DNA of 64,000 nucleotides from Lentisphaerota bacterium (GCA_016873655.1 VGWI01000002.1:25357-89356), one strand, 5' to 3'. Shown: positions 1 through 9,542, counted from the first letter of the stretch. Notes: a model not told the origin generated them from the letters alone. Program-made: numbers and translations.

Positions 1-248
1 TCCGCGCCGACCTTGAGCTGGTCGCTGCACTTGGCCTCAACACCAAGACGCGCCCTGATCCTGTCACGCTGCCTGGTGAACTTGTCGCCATCGGCGTCCA
101 CCTTGGAATCGTCGTCTATCGTCTCATAGCGATACCTGATGTCGCCCTTCACCGTGACCTTGTCCGCCCATGACGACTGCGCCATGGCGGCGCCGCCCAC
201 TCCGGAAACCGCGATAACCCCTGCCATCACCCACGCCGCGTTCTTCAT
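1..248 (-). CDS. putative outer-membrane beta-barrel porin, N-terminal fragment (gene continues beyond the window start)
   Basis: Minus-strand translation from the ATG at 248-246 gives MKNAAWVMAGVIAVSGVGGAAMAQSSWADKVTVKGDIRYRYETIDDD... This has a signal peptide, an A-M-A cleavage context and an alternating beta-strand pattern. A strong SD (AAGGAGAAAGG) precedes the ATG. The gene is divergent from the pho operon. Confidence 0.45.
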   Translation of the reverse strand, partial: MKNAAWVMAGVIAVSGVGGAAMAQSSWADKVTVKGDIRYRYETIDDDSKVDADGDKFTRQRDRIRARLGVEAKCSDQLKVGA

Positions 249-480
249 GCCCGCTTCCTTTCTCCTTGTACCCGTAACCTTTTCCTTCCGTTTCACGGTG
301 CGCATTTCACACCGGACCCATTAGGCACGTGTGAGTGGCGTGTTAGAAATGAGTTAGCCCGGATTATTCATGAACGCTGCGCGTTCATTCACAACCGCCT
401 GCCGCGGTGCTGTGGCGCGACGCGGCCGGCTTCTGCTAAGCTGCGCGGCGCGCTCCGGCGCCTTCGGGGGAGGACCAGGC

Positions 481-954
481 ATGATACTGACGGACATTGA
501 CAGACTCGGGGTCGAGGCGCGCAACCTGCCCGCCTTGAACACGGCGCTGGCGTGGCTGAAGGACGCCGCGCGCCGGCCTCCGCAGGACGGCCGTGTGGAA
601 CTGGACGGGTCCCGCGTCTTCGCGATCGTTCAGACGTACACAACAAAGGACCCGGCGGCGCCTTTGAAGTTCGAGGCGCACAGGAAGTACGCGGACATAC
701 AGTTCATTCTTGCCGGACGGGAACGCTGCGGATGGGCGCCGCTGAACGCGCTGGCTGCGACCACCCATTACGACGAGGCGAAGGACATCGTGTTCGGCGA
801 GGTGAAACCGGAGTCGCACGCGCTGCTGCCACTCGCCCCCGGACACGCGGCGGTGTTCTTCCCGTCAGATGCGCACGCCCCGGGGCTGGCGTGGGGAACG
901 CCGGACACGGTGCGGAAGATCGTCATCAAGATCGCCGCCGGGCTCCTGGCCTGA
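481..954 (+). CDS. YhcH/YjgK/YiaL family protein (DUF386; TabA/EbgC-like)
   Basis: The product MILTDIDRL...HRKYADIQFILAGRE...AAVFFPSDAHAP...VRKIVIKI is about 158 aa. Its motif spacing matches E. coli YhcH. The start is taken at the internal Met of ORF 370..954. Confidence 0.8.
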   Translation: MILTDIDRLGVEARNLPALNTALAWLKDAARRPPQDGRVELDGSRVFAIVQTYTTKDPAAPLKFEAHRKYADIQFILAGRERCGWAPLNALAATTHYDEAKDIVFGEVKPESHALLPLAPGHAAVFFPSDAHAPGLAWGTPDTVRKIVIKIAAGLLA

Positions 955-1678
955 CCGCCGGGGACGCGACACGCGGAACCGCCATGTACCGGCGCCGGTC
1001 ACGGTCGGGCAGCCGTTCTATCGCGTACCTGAGCATCGTCCGCGGCATGCGCGGGGCATGTCGGTCAAGGAAACCCCTGAGCGCCGACTCGTCCCGCTTG
1101 CCCGCTTCGCGCAGCATCCAGCCCGCGGCCTTGTGGATCAGGTCCTCGCGATCGGCCAGCAGCGCCTCGGCGATGCGCAGTGTTTCGCCGAACCTTCCGC
1201 GGCGGATGAACGCGAACGTGGCGACAATCGCTATCCTGCGCTCCCACAGGCAGCGGGACCGGGCAAGCCTGTCCAGGGTGTTCGTCGGCCTGGCGAGGAG
1301 CCATTCGCCGACTATGTTCGGCGCGGAAAGGTCAACCAGGTCCCAGTTATTCACGCGGTCAGCGTTTGCAAGGTAGGCGGTATATATCCGGCGGCGACAC
1401 CCGGCGTCTTCCCGCTCGAACAGCGCAACCCACACCAGCAGGCCGCACAGCCGTTCCTCATGCCAGGGAGAACGCAACAGGCAAAGGCCGTCGCCGACCG
1501 CGGCATCGCTCGTGAACCGCCTGACAACCGCCCTGAGCGCCGGAACGCGGATGCCGAGAAACCTGTCGCCCTCGCCGTATTCGCCCCGGCCGGTCTTGAA
1601 GAAACGCGCGAGCTGCACGGCGTCGGCCGGCGACGCCGCCTTCCTGAGCGCAAGCTTCATCTCGCCAGAAACACTCAT
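926..1678 (-). CDS. DNA alkylation repair enzyme (AlkD/AlkC-like HEAT-repeat glycosylase family)
   Basis: A 250-aa ORF with WNDxDxVD-like NNWDLVDLSAPNIVGEWLL and a WMLREAGKRD HEAT-repeat signature. It is convergent with the yhcH-like gene. Confidence 0.7.
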   Translation of the reverse strand: MSVSGEMKLALRKAASPADAVQLARFFKTGRGEYGEGDRFLGIRVPALRAVVRRFTSDAAVGDGLCLLRSPWHEERLCGLLVWVALFEREDAGCRRRIYTAYLANADRVNNWDLVDLSAPNIVGEWLLARPTNTLDRLARSRCLWERRIAIVATFAFIRRGRFGETLRIAEALLADREDLIHKAAGWMLREAGKRDESALRGFLDRHAPRMPRTMLRYAIERLPDRDRRRYMAVPRVASPAVRPGARRRS

Positions 1679-1695
1679 GCTCTGCCTTCCCCCTT

Positions 1696-1872
1696 GCGCA
1701 CATTATTCATGAACCTTCTGCTGCGAGTGCACATGATACGTCACCTCATCGACTTACCTTGATGGCCGACTTTGGCGTGTGCCAACACGCCGCCATCCGG
1801 CCCTCTTCGGCAAGCCGTTGATCTGACGCACCCTGCGCCCTCTCGCGACGAAGAAACATGAATAATGTGCGC
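1696..1872. mobile_element. MITE-like 176-bp element, copy A, with 16-bp terminal inverted repeats GCGCACATTATTCATG / CATGAATAATGTGCGC
   Basis: It matches its own reverse complement at the ends, and is near-identical (2-3 differences) to the inverted copy at 27205-27380. It lies in the intergenic region upstream of phoB. It has an internal GGCGTGTGCCAACACGCC hairpin. Confidence 0.6.
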
Positions 1873-2207
1873 TTGATCCCGCCCCCGTGAAGCTCTCGTA
1901 CCGCAAGTCGGTCATCTTTGCCGTTTCGTCATCAGGCTCGACAACAGGGCGGGCGGCATTATGTCTTGCCGCCGCGAATCCGCGGGGTAGTCTGTGCGCC
2001 GTGACAGCGCCGGTCAAGAAATCAGGAGGCCCCCGCGCGAAACGGGGCATGACTCCAGGGGAGCGCGTGCTGGCCGCGATCCATTCCGCCAGGCCCGACC
2101 GCATTCCGGTGAACTGCCCGCCCGCGAAAAACGTTTTGGCCATGTGCGAAACTGCGCGCGAATCCGGCATGTGCCGGGACTGAGCCCGCGGAGAGAAGGG
2201 GAAAAGC

Positions 2208-2900
2208 ATGCCTGGCAAGGACATCCTCGTTGTCGAGGACGAGGCGGACATCGCCGCCATCCTCGCCCACAATCTTGAGCGCGAAGGGTTTTCAGCGTCG
2301 GTCGCCGCCGACGGCGAACAGGCTCTGAAAGCGGTGGCGCGACGAATTCCGGACCTGATCCTGCTGGACCTCATGCTGCCGCGCATGGACGGCCTGGAAG
2401 TGTGCCGCAGACTGAAACGCGACCCAGCCCACGCCGCGATACCGGTGATCATGGTCACCGCAAAGGGCGATGACGCCGATGTCGTCGTTGGCCTGGAACT
2501 GGGCGCCGACGACTACATTGTCAAGCCTTTCAGCGTTAAGGTGGTCTGCGCGCGCGTCCGGGCAATCCTGCGCCGGCGCGAGGAGCCGCCGGCCGGCGAA
2601 GGCAAGGATATCCGTATGCGCGACCTGGTCATCGCGCCAGGCCGCCACGAGGTAATGGTGAAGGGCAAGCCGGTTGAGATGACGGCTTCCGAACTGCGGA
2701 TTCTGCACCTGCTTGCGTCGCGGCCCGGAATGGTGCTTACTCGGCAGCAGATAATAGATTGCGTAAGGGGCACCGACTACGCGGTGACCGACCGCGCGGT
2801 GGATGTTCAAATCGTGGGGATAAGACGGAAACTGGGCGCGCTGGCGGACAGGCTCGAGACCGTACGCGGTGTTGGCTACCGGTTCAAGGAGCGGCAATGA
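2208..2900 (+). CDS. phoB: OmpR/PhoB-family response regulator (phosphate regulon)
   Basis: An REC domain (DLILLDLMLPRMDG, KPF) plus a winged-helix C-terminus (LTRQQI...VDVQIVGIRRKL...GVGYRF). It heads the pst operon. Confidence 0.85.
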   Translation: MPGKDILVVEDEADIAAILAHNLEREGFSASVAADGEQALKAVARRIPDLILLDLMLPRMDGLEVCRRLKRDPAHAAIPVIMVTAKGDDADVVVGLELGADDYIVKPFSVKVVCARVRAILRRREEPPAGEGKDIRMRDLVIAPGRHEVMVKGKPVEMTASELRILHLLASRPGMVLTRQQIIDCVRGTDYAVTDRAVDVQIVGIRRKLGALADRLETVRGVGYRFKERQ

Positions 2901-4693
2901 TGCGATTTTCCGGTTTCACGGCCCGCATGTACCTGCACTTCATCGGCGCCATGCTGGCGGTCGTCGCGTCGTCATCAATCTACAGCAGTTGCGAACTGCG
3001 CCGGTTCCGGGAAGGAAACCAGACCGGAGAACTGCAGCGCCATGCCTCCATGCTGACGATGATCCCCGCCATCGCGGACTCGAACGCCGACCCGTCCTCC
3101 ATCGACGCGGCATGCAAGGAGATCGGAAATAATACCGGTCTCAGGATTACGGTGATGGCCGCCGGCGGGCATGTCGTCGGCGATTCGCAATCCGACCCCG
3201 CCACGATGGACAACCACCTGGAGCGCCCGGAAATGAGGAAGGCCATGGAGGGCGGGATCGGGGTCTCCACGCGTTTCAGCGACACCACCCGCCGCCGCAT
3301 GTTGTACGTGGCCGCCCCGTTCGGAGCCCCCGGGAACCCGCGCGGCGTTGTCCGGGTGTCGGTCGCCGTGGAGAACCCGGACCCCGGCTTCGCCTCACTG
3401 CGGTCACACATGCTCGCCTCAACAGCCCTGGCGGCGGCCCTGTTCGCCGTCGTGGCCGCGTTCCTGTCGCGCAGAATAACCGGCCCGATCGCTTCCATCT
3501 GCGGCGCGGCGCGCAGGCTGTCGTCAGGCGACCTGGCCGCGCGCTGCGCGGTCCCGGCCGACACGGACCTCAAGAACCTGGCCGATGCCTTCAACGGAAT
3601 GGCCCGCCAGCTCGGGGAGCGCATGGAAACAATCGCCCGCCAGCACAACGAGCTGACAACCGTGCTTGAAAGCATGTCCGATGGCGTGCTCGCCGTGGAC
3701 GCGGCGGAAAGAGTCATCGAGGTCAACCGCTCCGCGGCCGCGCTGCTCGATATAGACCCGGCCATGTCCAGGGGCCGCAGCATCCAGGAAGTCGCTCGCA
3801 ACCCCGAGATGCAGAACCTTGTCGCGGCAACGCTTCGAGGCGCTTCGGCTGCGGAAGAAACCGTCATCCGCTTCGGGACCAGCGACCGGTTCCTGAGGGT
3901 CACTTCCGCGCCGCTGGTTGACCGTGAGTCGCGCACCATCGGCGCAGTCGTGGTTTTCAGCGACGTCACCAGGATGAAGAAGCTGGAGACGGTCAGGCAG
4001 GAATTCGCGGCGAACGCCTCGCATGAGCTCAAGACCCCCGTGACGGCCATCCGCGGTTGCGTCGAAACCATGAAGGACTCGTCCTTGACCCCGGAAGAGA
4101 CGCGCAGCTTCCTGGATATGCTGGATCGCCATTCGGTCAGACTGGATACGCTGGTCAACGACCTCCTGAACCTGTCGCGCATCGAGCATGACGCCGGGAC
4201 CCGCAGCATAGCGATGGAGCCGGCGCGCGTTCGGGACATCCTTCAGAAAGCCTGCGACTCGTACGCCGAAAGAGCCGGCGCCAAGAACATGAGTATCCTG
4301 CTTGAATGCCCCGACGCCCTGTCCGTGAACGCGAACCCAGGCCTCCTGGAAGAGGCGATCGGCAACCTCCTGGACAACGCGATCCGGTATTCGGGTTCCG
4401 GCTCCCCGGTGCGTGTCGAAGGCAGGCTCGCCGGGCCGGGCAACGTTGAGCTGCTGGTAAAGGACGAAGGTCCGGGCATTGAGGCGAAGCACCTCGATCG
4501 GATATGGGAACGCTTCTACCGGGTTGACCCGGCCAGGAGCCGCAGCCTGGGAGGCACCGGGCTGGGACTGTCCATCGTAAAGAATATCGCCGTTGCGCAC
4601 GGGGGAAAGGTCAGGGCCGAAAGCGAACCGGGTAAGGGTTCCAAGTTCGTGATTTCAATGCCGGGCAGACGGGCCGAAACGTGGGAGTTGTAG
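2897..4693 (+). CDS. phoR: sensor histidine kinase (PhoR-like; periplasmic sensor, HAMP, PAS, HisKA, HATPase_c)
   Basis: The ATG at 2897 overlaps the phoB stop (ATGA). It has two TM segments flanking a domain of about 150 aa, an H-box SHELKTPVTAI, and N/G1/G2 boxes (LLDNAIRYS, DEGPGI, GGTGLGLSIV). Confidence 0.8.
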   Translation: MMRFSGFTARMYLHFIGAMLAVVASSSIYSSCELRRFREGNQTGELQRHASMLTMIPAIADSNADPSSIDAACKEIGNNTGLRITVMAAGGHVVGDSQSDPATMDNHLERPEMRKAMEGGIGVSTRFSDTTRRRMLYVAAPFGAPGNPRGVVRVSVAVENPDPGFASLRSHMLASTALAAALFAVVAAFLSRRITGPIASICGAARRLSSGDLAARCAVPADTDLKNLADAFNGMARQLGERMETIARQHNELTTVLESMSDGVLAVDAAERVIEVNRSAAALLDIDPAMSRGRSIQEVARNPEMQNLVAATLRGASAAEETVIRFGTSDRFLRVTSAPLVDRESRTIGAVVVFSDVTRMKKLETVRQEFAANASHELKTPVTAIRGCVETMKDSSLTPEETRSFLDMLDRHSVRLDTLVNDLLNLSRIEHDAGTRSIAMEPARVRDILQKACDSYAERAGAKNMSILLECPDALSVNANPGLLEEAIGNLLDNAIRYSGSGSPVRVEGRLAGPGNVELLVKDEGPGIEAKHLDRIWERFYRVDPARSRSLGGTGLGLSIVKNIAVAHGGKVRAESEPGKGSKFVISMPGRRAETWEL

Positions 4694-4788
4694 GTGCTTG
4701 CCCCGGAAGAGGAACAGAGAACTTGCCTTGCCGTATCCACAGCGGTTACGCTCGGCGCCCTGCAAACACGTTGATGGATGAAAGAAGC

Positions 4789-5607
4789 ATGATCCCCACC
4801 AGGAAAACCGCCGCGCTCCCGTCAGGAACGGCCCTTGCCGCCTGCGTCCTGCTCCTCTTTTCCGGCTGCGGCAGGCGCGAAGGGCACGCGGTGAACGTGA
4901 TGGGTTCCACTTCGGTCCAGCCTTTCGCCGAACTGGTCTCCGAAGAATACATCCGCCTGCACCCGGACAAACGCGTTGAGGTGCAGGGCGGCGGGTCAAC
5001 GGCAGGAATCCAGGCCCTGGCAAGCGGGCTGGCGGAGATAGGTATGTGCTCGCGCAGCCTGAAACCGCAGGAGGCCTCCGATGCCGTGCCCCTGACGATC
5101 GCACGCGACGCGCTGGCGATCGTTGTGCACAGAAGCAACCCGATATCGGATCTCTCCATCCAGCAGCTTCGCGAGGTGTTCGCCGGCCGCGTCGCCGACT
5201 GGAAGGACGTCGGCGGAAAGCCCGGCCCGGTCCGGGTAATCACTCGCGAGGAGGGGTCCGGAACGAGGGAAGCCTTCACCCAACTCGTGATGGCCAAGGC
5301 GCGGATATCCGACCGCGCCCTGACGCAGGAATCGAACGGATGCGTGCGGGAACTGGTCGAGGGCGACAGGGCCTCGATCGGCTACATGTCGCTCGGCCTC
5401 GTGGGCGACGCGGTGAAACCGGTGCGCGTTGACGATATAACGCCGACCCACGAGAACGTTCTGAACAATTCCTACAAGCTCGTTCGCCCGTTCCTCTTCG
5501 TGACCAACGAGCGCACCGGCCCGCAGGCGCGCGAGTTTATAGACTTCATTCTCTCCGACAAGGGGCAATCAATCCTCGAGGAGGAAGGGCTGGTGAGAGC
5601 GCGATGA
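4789..5607 (+). CDS. pstS: phosphate ABC transporter substrate-binding lipoprotein PstS
   Basis: A signal peptide with an LFSGC lipobox, plus PstS-family motifs GGGSTAGIQAL and TREEGSGTREAF. Confidence 0.8.
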   Translation: MIPTRKTAALPSGTALAACVLLLFSGCGRREGHAVNVMGSTSVQPFAELVSEEYIRLHPDKRVEVQGGGSTAGIQALASGLAEIGMCSRSLKPQEASDAVPLTIARDALAIVVHRSNPISDLSIQQLREVFAGRVADWKDVGGKPGPVRVITREEGSGTREAFTQLVMAKARISDRALTQESNGCVRELVEGDRASIGYMSLGLVGDAVKPVRVDDITPTHENVLNNSYKLVRPFLFVTNERTGPQAREFIDFILSDKGQSILEEEGLVRAR

Positions 5608-6467
5608 GACAGGACAGGATCATCAGGTTCATTCTGATGCTCGTCGCCTTCTCCGCCATCGCCGGCCTGGCGTTGATCGCCTTCTTCATCTTCAAGGAGG
5701 GCGTGCCGCTGATATTCCAGGTCGGATGGCGCGACTTCTTCCTGTCATCCGAGTGGCATCCGTCGGAAGGCCTCTTCGGCGTGTTCGCGATGATCATGGG
5801 CACACTCATGGTAACCGCCGGCGCCATGCTGATCGGCGGCGTGTTCGGGCTCAGCCTGGCGATCGTGATGACCCAGTTCTCCGGGCCGCGGCTGGCGGGC
5901 GCGCTGAAACCTGTCATCGAACTCCTGGCCGGCATTCCCTCGGTCGTCTACGGGTTCATCGGCGTGAAAACGATTGTCCCGCTCATACGCGACCACCTCG
6001 GCGGGCCGGGACTTTCTGTGCTCGCCTGCTCGATTGTCCTCGGCGTGATGGTGCTTCCCACCGTCGCAAGCATCTCCATTGACGCTTTCCGGGCCGTGCC
6101 GCGTTCGTTCTGGGAAGGCTCGCTCGCCCTCGGCGCCACACGGTGGCAGACAACGTGCATGGTGATGCTCAAGGCCGCCAGGTCCGGCCTTGTTGCCGCG
6201 GTCATCCTCGGCATGGGCAGGGCCGTCGGGGAAACAATGGCGGTCATCATGGTGGCCGGCAATTCGCTTGCCATCCCCGACAGCATCCTGGCACCTGTCC
6301 GGACGCTCACGAGCAACATCGCGCTGGAAATGGGGTACGCGTCCGGATTGCACCGCAAGGCGCTCTTCGCCGCCGGCGTCACGCTCTTCGTCATCATCAT
6401 GATCCTGAACACGGCAGCCATCACCCTTTCGTCAAACCGCGCGCGGGCGAAGGGAGGCGCGAAGTGA
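5604..6467 (+). CDS. pstC: phosphate ABC transporter permease PstC
   Basis: A 6-TM permease with an EAA-like loop. It overlaps the pstS stop. Confidence 0.85.
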   Translation: MRQDRIIRFILMLVAFSAIAGLALIAFFIFKEGVPLIFQVGWRDFFLSSEWHPSEGLFGVFAMIMGTLMVTAGAMLIGGVFGLSLAIVMTQFSGPRLAGALKPVIELLAGIPSVVYGFIGVKTIVPLIRDHLGGPGLSVLACSIVLGVMVLPTVASISIDAFRAVPRSFWEGSLALGATRWQTTCMVMLKAARSGLVAAVILGMGRAVGETMAVIMVAGNSLAIPDSILAPVRTLTSNIALEMGYASGLHRKALFAAGVTLFVIIMILNTAAITLSSNRARAKGGAK

Positions 6468-7300
6468 GGCTCTCGCCAGCCGCATCGCAACGCGCCGCCG
6501 TGGCGGTCATGTGGACAATGACGGCCGCAACGATCGGCGTTCTTGCCTTTGTCATTCTCTACGTCCTTGCGCGGGGACTCCCGCACGTCACGTGGGAATT
6601 CCTCAGCCGCGCGCCCGAAAGCATGGGCCGCAGGGGCGGCATATTCCCCATGATCGTCGGGACACTGGCGGTTTCCGGCATGGGCGTGCTCATATCCGCG
6701 CCGATAGGCGTGGCAACGGCCATCTACCTGACCGAGTACACGCGCAAGGGCATGCTGACCACGATCATACGCTTCGGAGCCGATTGCCTCGCCGGCATCC
6801 CGTCCATCATCTTCGGCCTGTTCGGGTTCGTGTTCTTCGCCGTCGGCCTCGGCATGGGCCTCTCAATTCTCTCGGGCGGCCTGACGCTCGCGCTGATGGT
6901 GCTTCCAACAATCATCAGGACCAGCGAGGAAGCAATCCGCGCGGTGCCGCAGTCGTTCCGCGAAGTGAGTTTCGGCCTGGGCTGCACGCGCTGGCAGACG
7001 GTTCTCTTCGTGGTGCTGCGCTCGGCGCTGCCGGGCATAGGAACCGGCATCGTCCTCTCACTCGGACGCAGCATCAGCGAAACAGCCGCCGTCATGCTGA
7101 CCGCCGGTTCGGCCATGGGCCTCCCGCAGTCCCTTTTCGATTCCTCCCGCACACTCGCCCTGCACTTCTATATCCTCGCGCGCGAAGGACTCCCCATGTC
7201 CAAGGCCTACGCAACCGCCGCCGTCCTCATAGTGGCCATGCTCGGATTGAACCTGCTCGCATACGGGCTGATGAAACGTTTTCACGCGAAGGCGAGGTAA
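6464..7300 (+). CDS. pstA: phosphate ABC transporter permease PstA
   Basis: GTG at 6464 overlaps the pstC stop. The product VRLSPAASQRAAVAVMWTM... is a PstA-type permease. The long ORF 6143.. upstream is out of context. Confidence 0.8.
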   Translation: MRLSPAASQRAAVAVMWTMTAATIGVLAFVILYVLARGLPHVTWEFLSRAPESMGRRGGIFPMIVGTLAVSGMGVLISAPIGVATAIYLTEYTRKGMLTTIIRFGADCLAGIPSIIFGLFGFVFFAVGLGMGLSILSGGLTLALMVLPTIIRTSEEAIRAVPQSFREVSFGLGCTRWQTVLFVVLRSALPGIGTGIVLSLGRSISETAAVMLTAGSAMGLPQSLFDSSRTLALHFYILAREGLPMSKAYATAAVLIVAMLGLNLLAYGLMKRFHAKAR

Positions 7301-7303
7301 GGT

Positions 7304-8074
7304 GTGACTGAACAGCCGGCAAAACCGATGATGGAGACGCGGGGCCTGACCGTGCGCTTCGGCAACGCCGTCGCGCTGAAGAACATCTCTCTGGAGGTCC
7401 GCCGGAACGAGCGCCTTGCCATAATCGGTCCGGCACGCAGCGGGAAAACCACCTTCCTGCGCTGCCTGAACAGGCTCAACGACTTCGATCATGACTACAG
7501 CCGCTCCGGCGACATACTGCTCGACGGAACCGATATCCACGGCCCGGAGATGGACGTCGTCGCGCTCCGCAGGCGCATCGGAATGGTCTACGCCGTGCCG
7601 GTCCCGTTGCCGTGGTCAATCCGCGAGAACATCACCTACGCGATGAGGATGGCGGGCATCCGCAACCGCCGCGTACATGCCGAAAAGGTCGAGTCCTCCC
7701 TGAAACTGGCAGGGCTGTGGGATGAAGTGAAGGACCGTCTCGATTCGCACGCGCAGGACCTCTCGGGCGGACAGCAGCAGCGGCTCTGCCTCGCCCGCGT
7801 TCTCGCGCTCGAGCCCGAAGTGCTGATTCTGGACGAGCCCTGCTCCGGGCTGGACCCCATCTCCACCGCGCGAATCGAGGACGTGCTCGAGGAATTGAAG
7901 GCCCGCCAGTCCATCGTGCTGGTCACGAACAACACCATGCAGGCCTCGCGCGCATCCGACCGCACCGCGTTTTTCCTGATGGGCGAACTCGTCGAGGTCG
8001 GCGAGACGAAACAGCTCTTCACCGCGCCGCGGGAAGAGAGAACAAACGACTACCTGACAGGACGCTTCGGATGA
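7304..8074 (+). CDS. pstB: phosphate import ATP-binding protein PstB (copy 1)
   Basis: An ABC ATPase with Walker [10 protein letters not shown], signature LSGGQQQRL and Walker B ILILDEP. N-terminal [11 protein letters not shown] is PstB-like. Confidence 0.9.
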   Translation: MTEQPAKPMMETRGLTVRFGNAVALKNISLEVRRNERLAIIGPARSGKTTFLRCLNRLNDFDHDYSRSGDILLDGTDIHGPEMDVVALRRRIGMVYAVPVPLPWSIRENITYAMRMAGIRNRRVHAEKVESSLKLAGLWDEVKDRLDSHAQDLSGGQQQRLCLARVLALEPEVLILDEPCSGLDPISTARIEDVLEELKARQSIVLVTNNTMQASRASDRTAFFLMGELVEVGETKQLFTAPREERTNDYLTGRFG

Positions 8075-8838
8075 CGGACAACGGACAGGTGAAAATCAGA
8101 ACAGAGCGGCTGAACCTCCATTACGGCGCGTTCCACGCCCTGAAGGATGTGGACATGGCCGTGCCGCCGCGCATGATCACCTCCATCATAGGCCCGTCCG
8201 GGTGCGGCAAGTCCACTCTCCTGCGCTGCCTCAACCGCATGAACGATCTCATAGGCACCGCGCGCGTCACGGGCCGCATCCTGCTGGACGGGAAGGACAT
8301 CCTTGCCGGCGGCACGGCAATGACATCGCTGCGCCGCAGGGTCGGCATGGTCTTCCAGCGCCCGAACCCGTTCCCGCTGTCGGTCTTCGACAACGTGTCA
8401 TACGGGCCGCGCGTGCACGGCGAGCTGGACCGCCGCCGCCTTGCCGGAATAGTCGAGTCCGCCCTGCGCGCCACCGGCCTGTGGGAAACACTGAAGGACA
8501 GGCTGAACGAGCACGCCCTCTCGCTCTCGCCGGAACAACAGCAGCGCCTGTGCATCTCGCGCCTGGTAGCCGTCGAACCGGAGGTCCTTCTGATGGACGA
8601 GCCCTGCTCGGCCCTTGATCCGATCGCTACGGGCCATGTCGAAGACCTGATGAAGAACCTCGCACAGAACTACACCATCGTCATCGTAACGCACAACATG
8701 CAGCAGGCGGCCCGTGTTTCCGATGTCACCGCCTTCATGTACCTCGGCAGACTGATCGAGTCCGGCCCCACGAAGGACATATTCGTCAAACCGAAGGAAA
8801 AACAGACCGAGGACTACATCACGGGGCGCTTCGGCTGA
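8071..8838 (+). CDS. pstB: phosphate import ATP-binding protein PstB (copy 2, tandem paralog)
   Basis: Walker [10 protein letters not shown], signature LSPEQQQRL and Walker B LLMDEP. It overlaps copy 1 by 4 nt. Confidence 0.9.
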   Translation: MTDNGQVKIRTERLNLHYGAFHALKDVDMAVPPRMITSIIGPSGCGKSTLLRCLNRMNDLIGTARVTGRILLDGKDILAGGTAMTSLRRRVGMVFQRPNPFPLSVFDNVSYGPRVHGELDRRRLAGIVESALRATGLWETLKDRLNEHALSLSPEQQQRLCISRLVAVEPEVLLMDEPCSALDPIATGHVEDLMKNLAQNYTIVIVTHNMQQAARVSDVTAFMYLGRLIESGPTKDIFVKPKEKQTEDYITGRFG

Positions 8839-8870
8839 AGCCCCGCGCCGACGCGGAAAGGAAAGCGAAC

Positions 8871-9542
8871 ATGAGAATCCTGCTGGAACGCGAGATTGAC
8901 AGACTGAAGAAGCTCATCCTGGGCATGAGCGCCGAAGTGGAAAGCGAAGTCCACACCGCATGCAACGCCCTGCTGCAGAGAGACGACAAGACCGCGCAGG
9001 CGCTGATAGACGACGTCGACAAGGTTGACACAATGGAGTTGGACGTCGAGGAGGAATGCCTCAAGATCCTCGCGCTTCACCAGCCGGTCGCGGCCGATCT
9101 CCGGTACATCGTCTCGGTAATGAAGATCAACCGCGATCTCGAACGCATATCGGACATAGCGGTCCATATGGCCGAGCGGACCCTGAAGATATTCGCCGAA
9201 CCGGACTTGCTGCTGCCGGCCCAGCTCTCCGACATGTCCGTCCGCGTGCAGGCGATGCTCAAGAAGGTCCTCGACGCGTTTGTCCGGCTCGACGTCGAAG
9301 CCGCCCGCAACGTATGCATGGCCGACTCGGAGGTGGATACGCTCAACCGGGAAGTCCTCCGCCAGGTGAAGGAAGGCGTCCTGCGCAAGCCGGAACAGTT
9401 CGACGCCCTGTTGCAGGTGATGCACGTGTCCCGGCACCTCGAGCGCATCGCCGACCACGCCACGAACATCGCCGAAGACCTGATCTACATGGTGGAAGGC
9501 CGCATCGTCCGCCACTCCCCTGAAGTGTCCGACAAGGGCTGA
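8871..9542 (+). CDS. phoU: phosphate signalling complex protein PhoU
   Basis: A duplicated PhoU domain (DLRYIVSVMKINRDLERISD / HVSRHLERIADHATNIAEDLIY). Confidence 0.9.
   Translation: MRILLEREIDRLKKLILGMSAEVESEVHTACNALLQRDDKTAQALIDDVDKVDTMELDVEEECLKILALHQPVAADLRYIVSVMKINRDLERISDIAVHMAERTLKIFAEPDLLLPAQLSDMSVRVQAMLKKVLDAFVRLDVEAARNVCMADSEVDTLNREVLRQVKEGVLRKPEQFDALLQVMHVSRHLERIADHATNIAEDLIYMVEGRIVRHSPEVSDKG

Noticed and set aside
2759-2896. The upstream extension of the histidine kinase ORF, starting at 2759.
   Set aside because: It overlaps the phoB C-terminus in another frame. The ATG at 2897 gives an ATGA overlap with the phoB stop and a normal N-terminal TM segment.
4694-4788. A Pho box upstream of pstS and phoB.
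   Set aside because: No CTGTCAT-type direct repeats are recognisable by eye. The absence cannot be asserted without a proper motif search.
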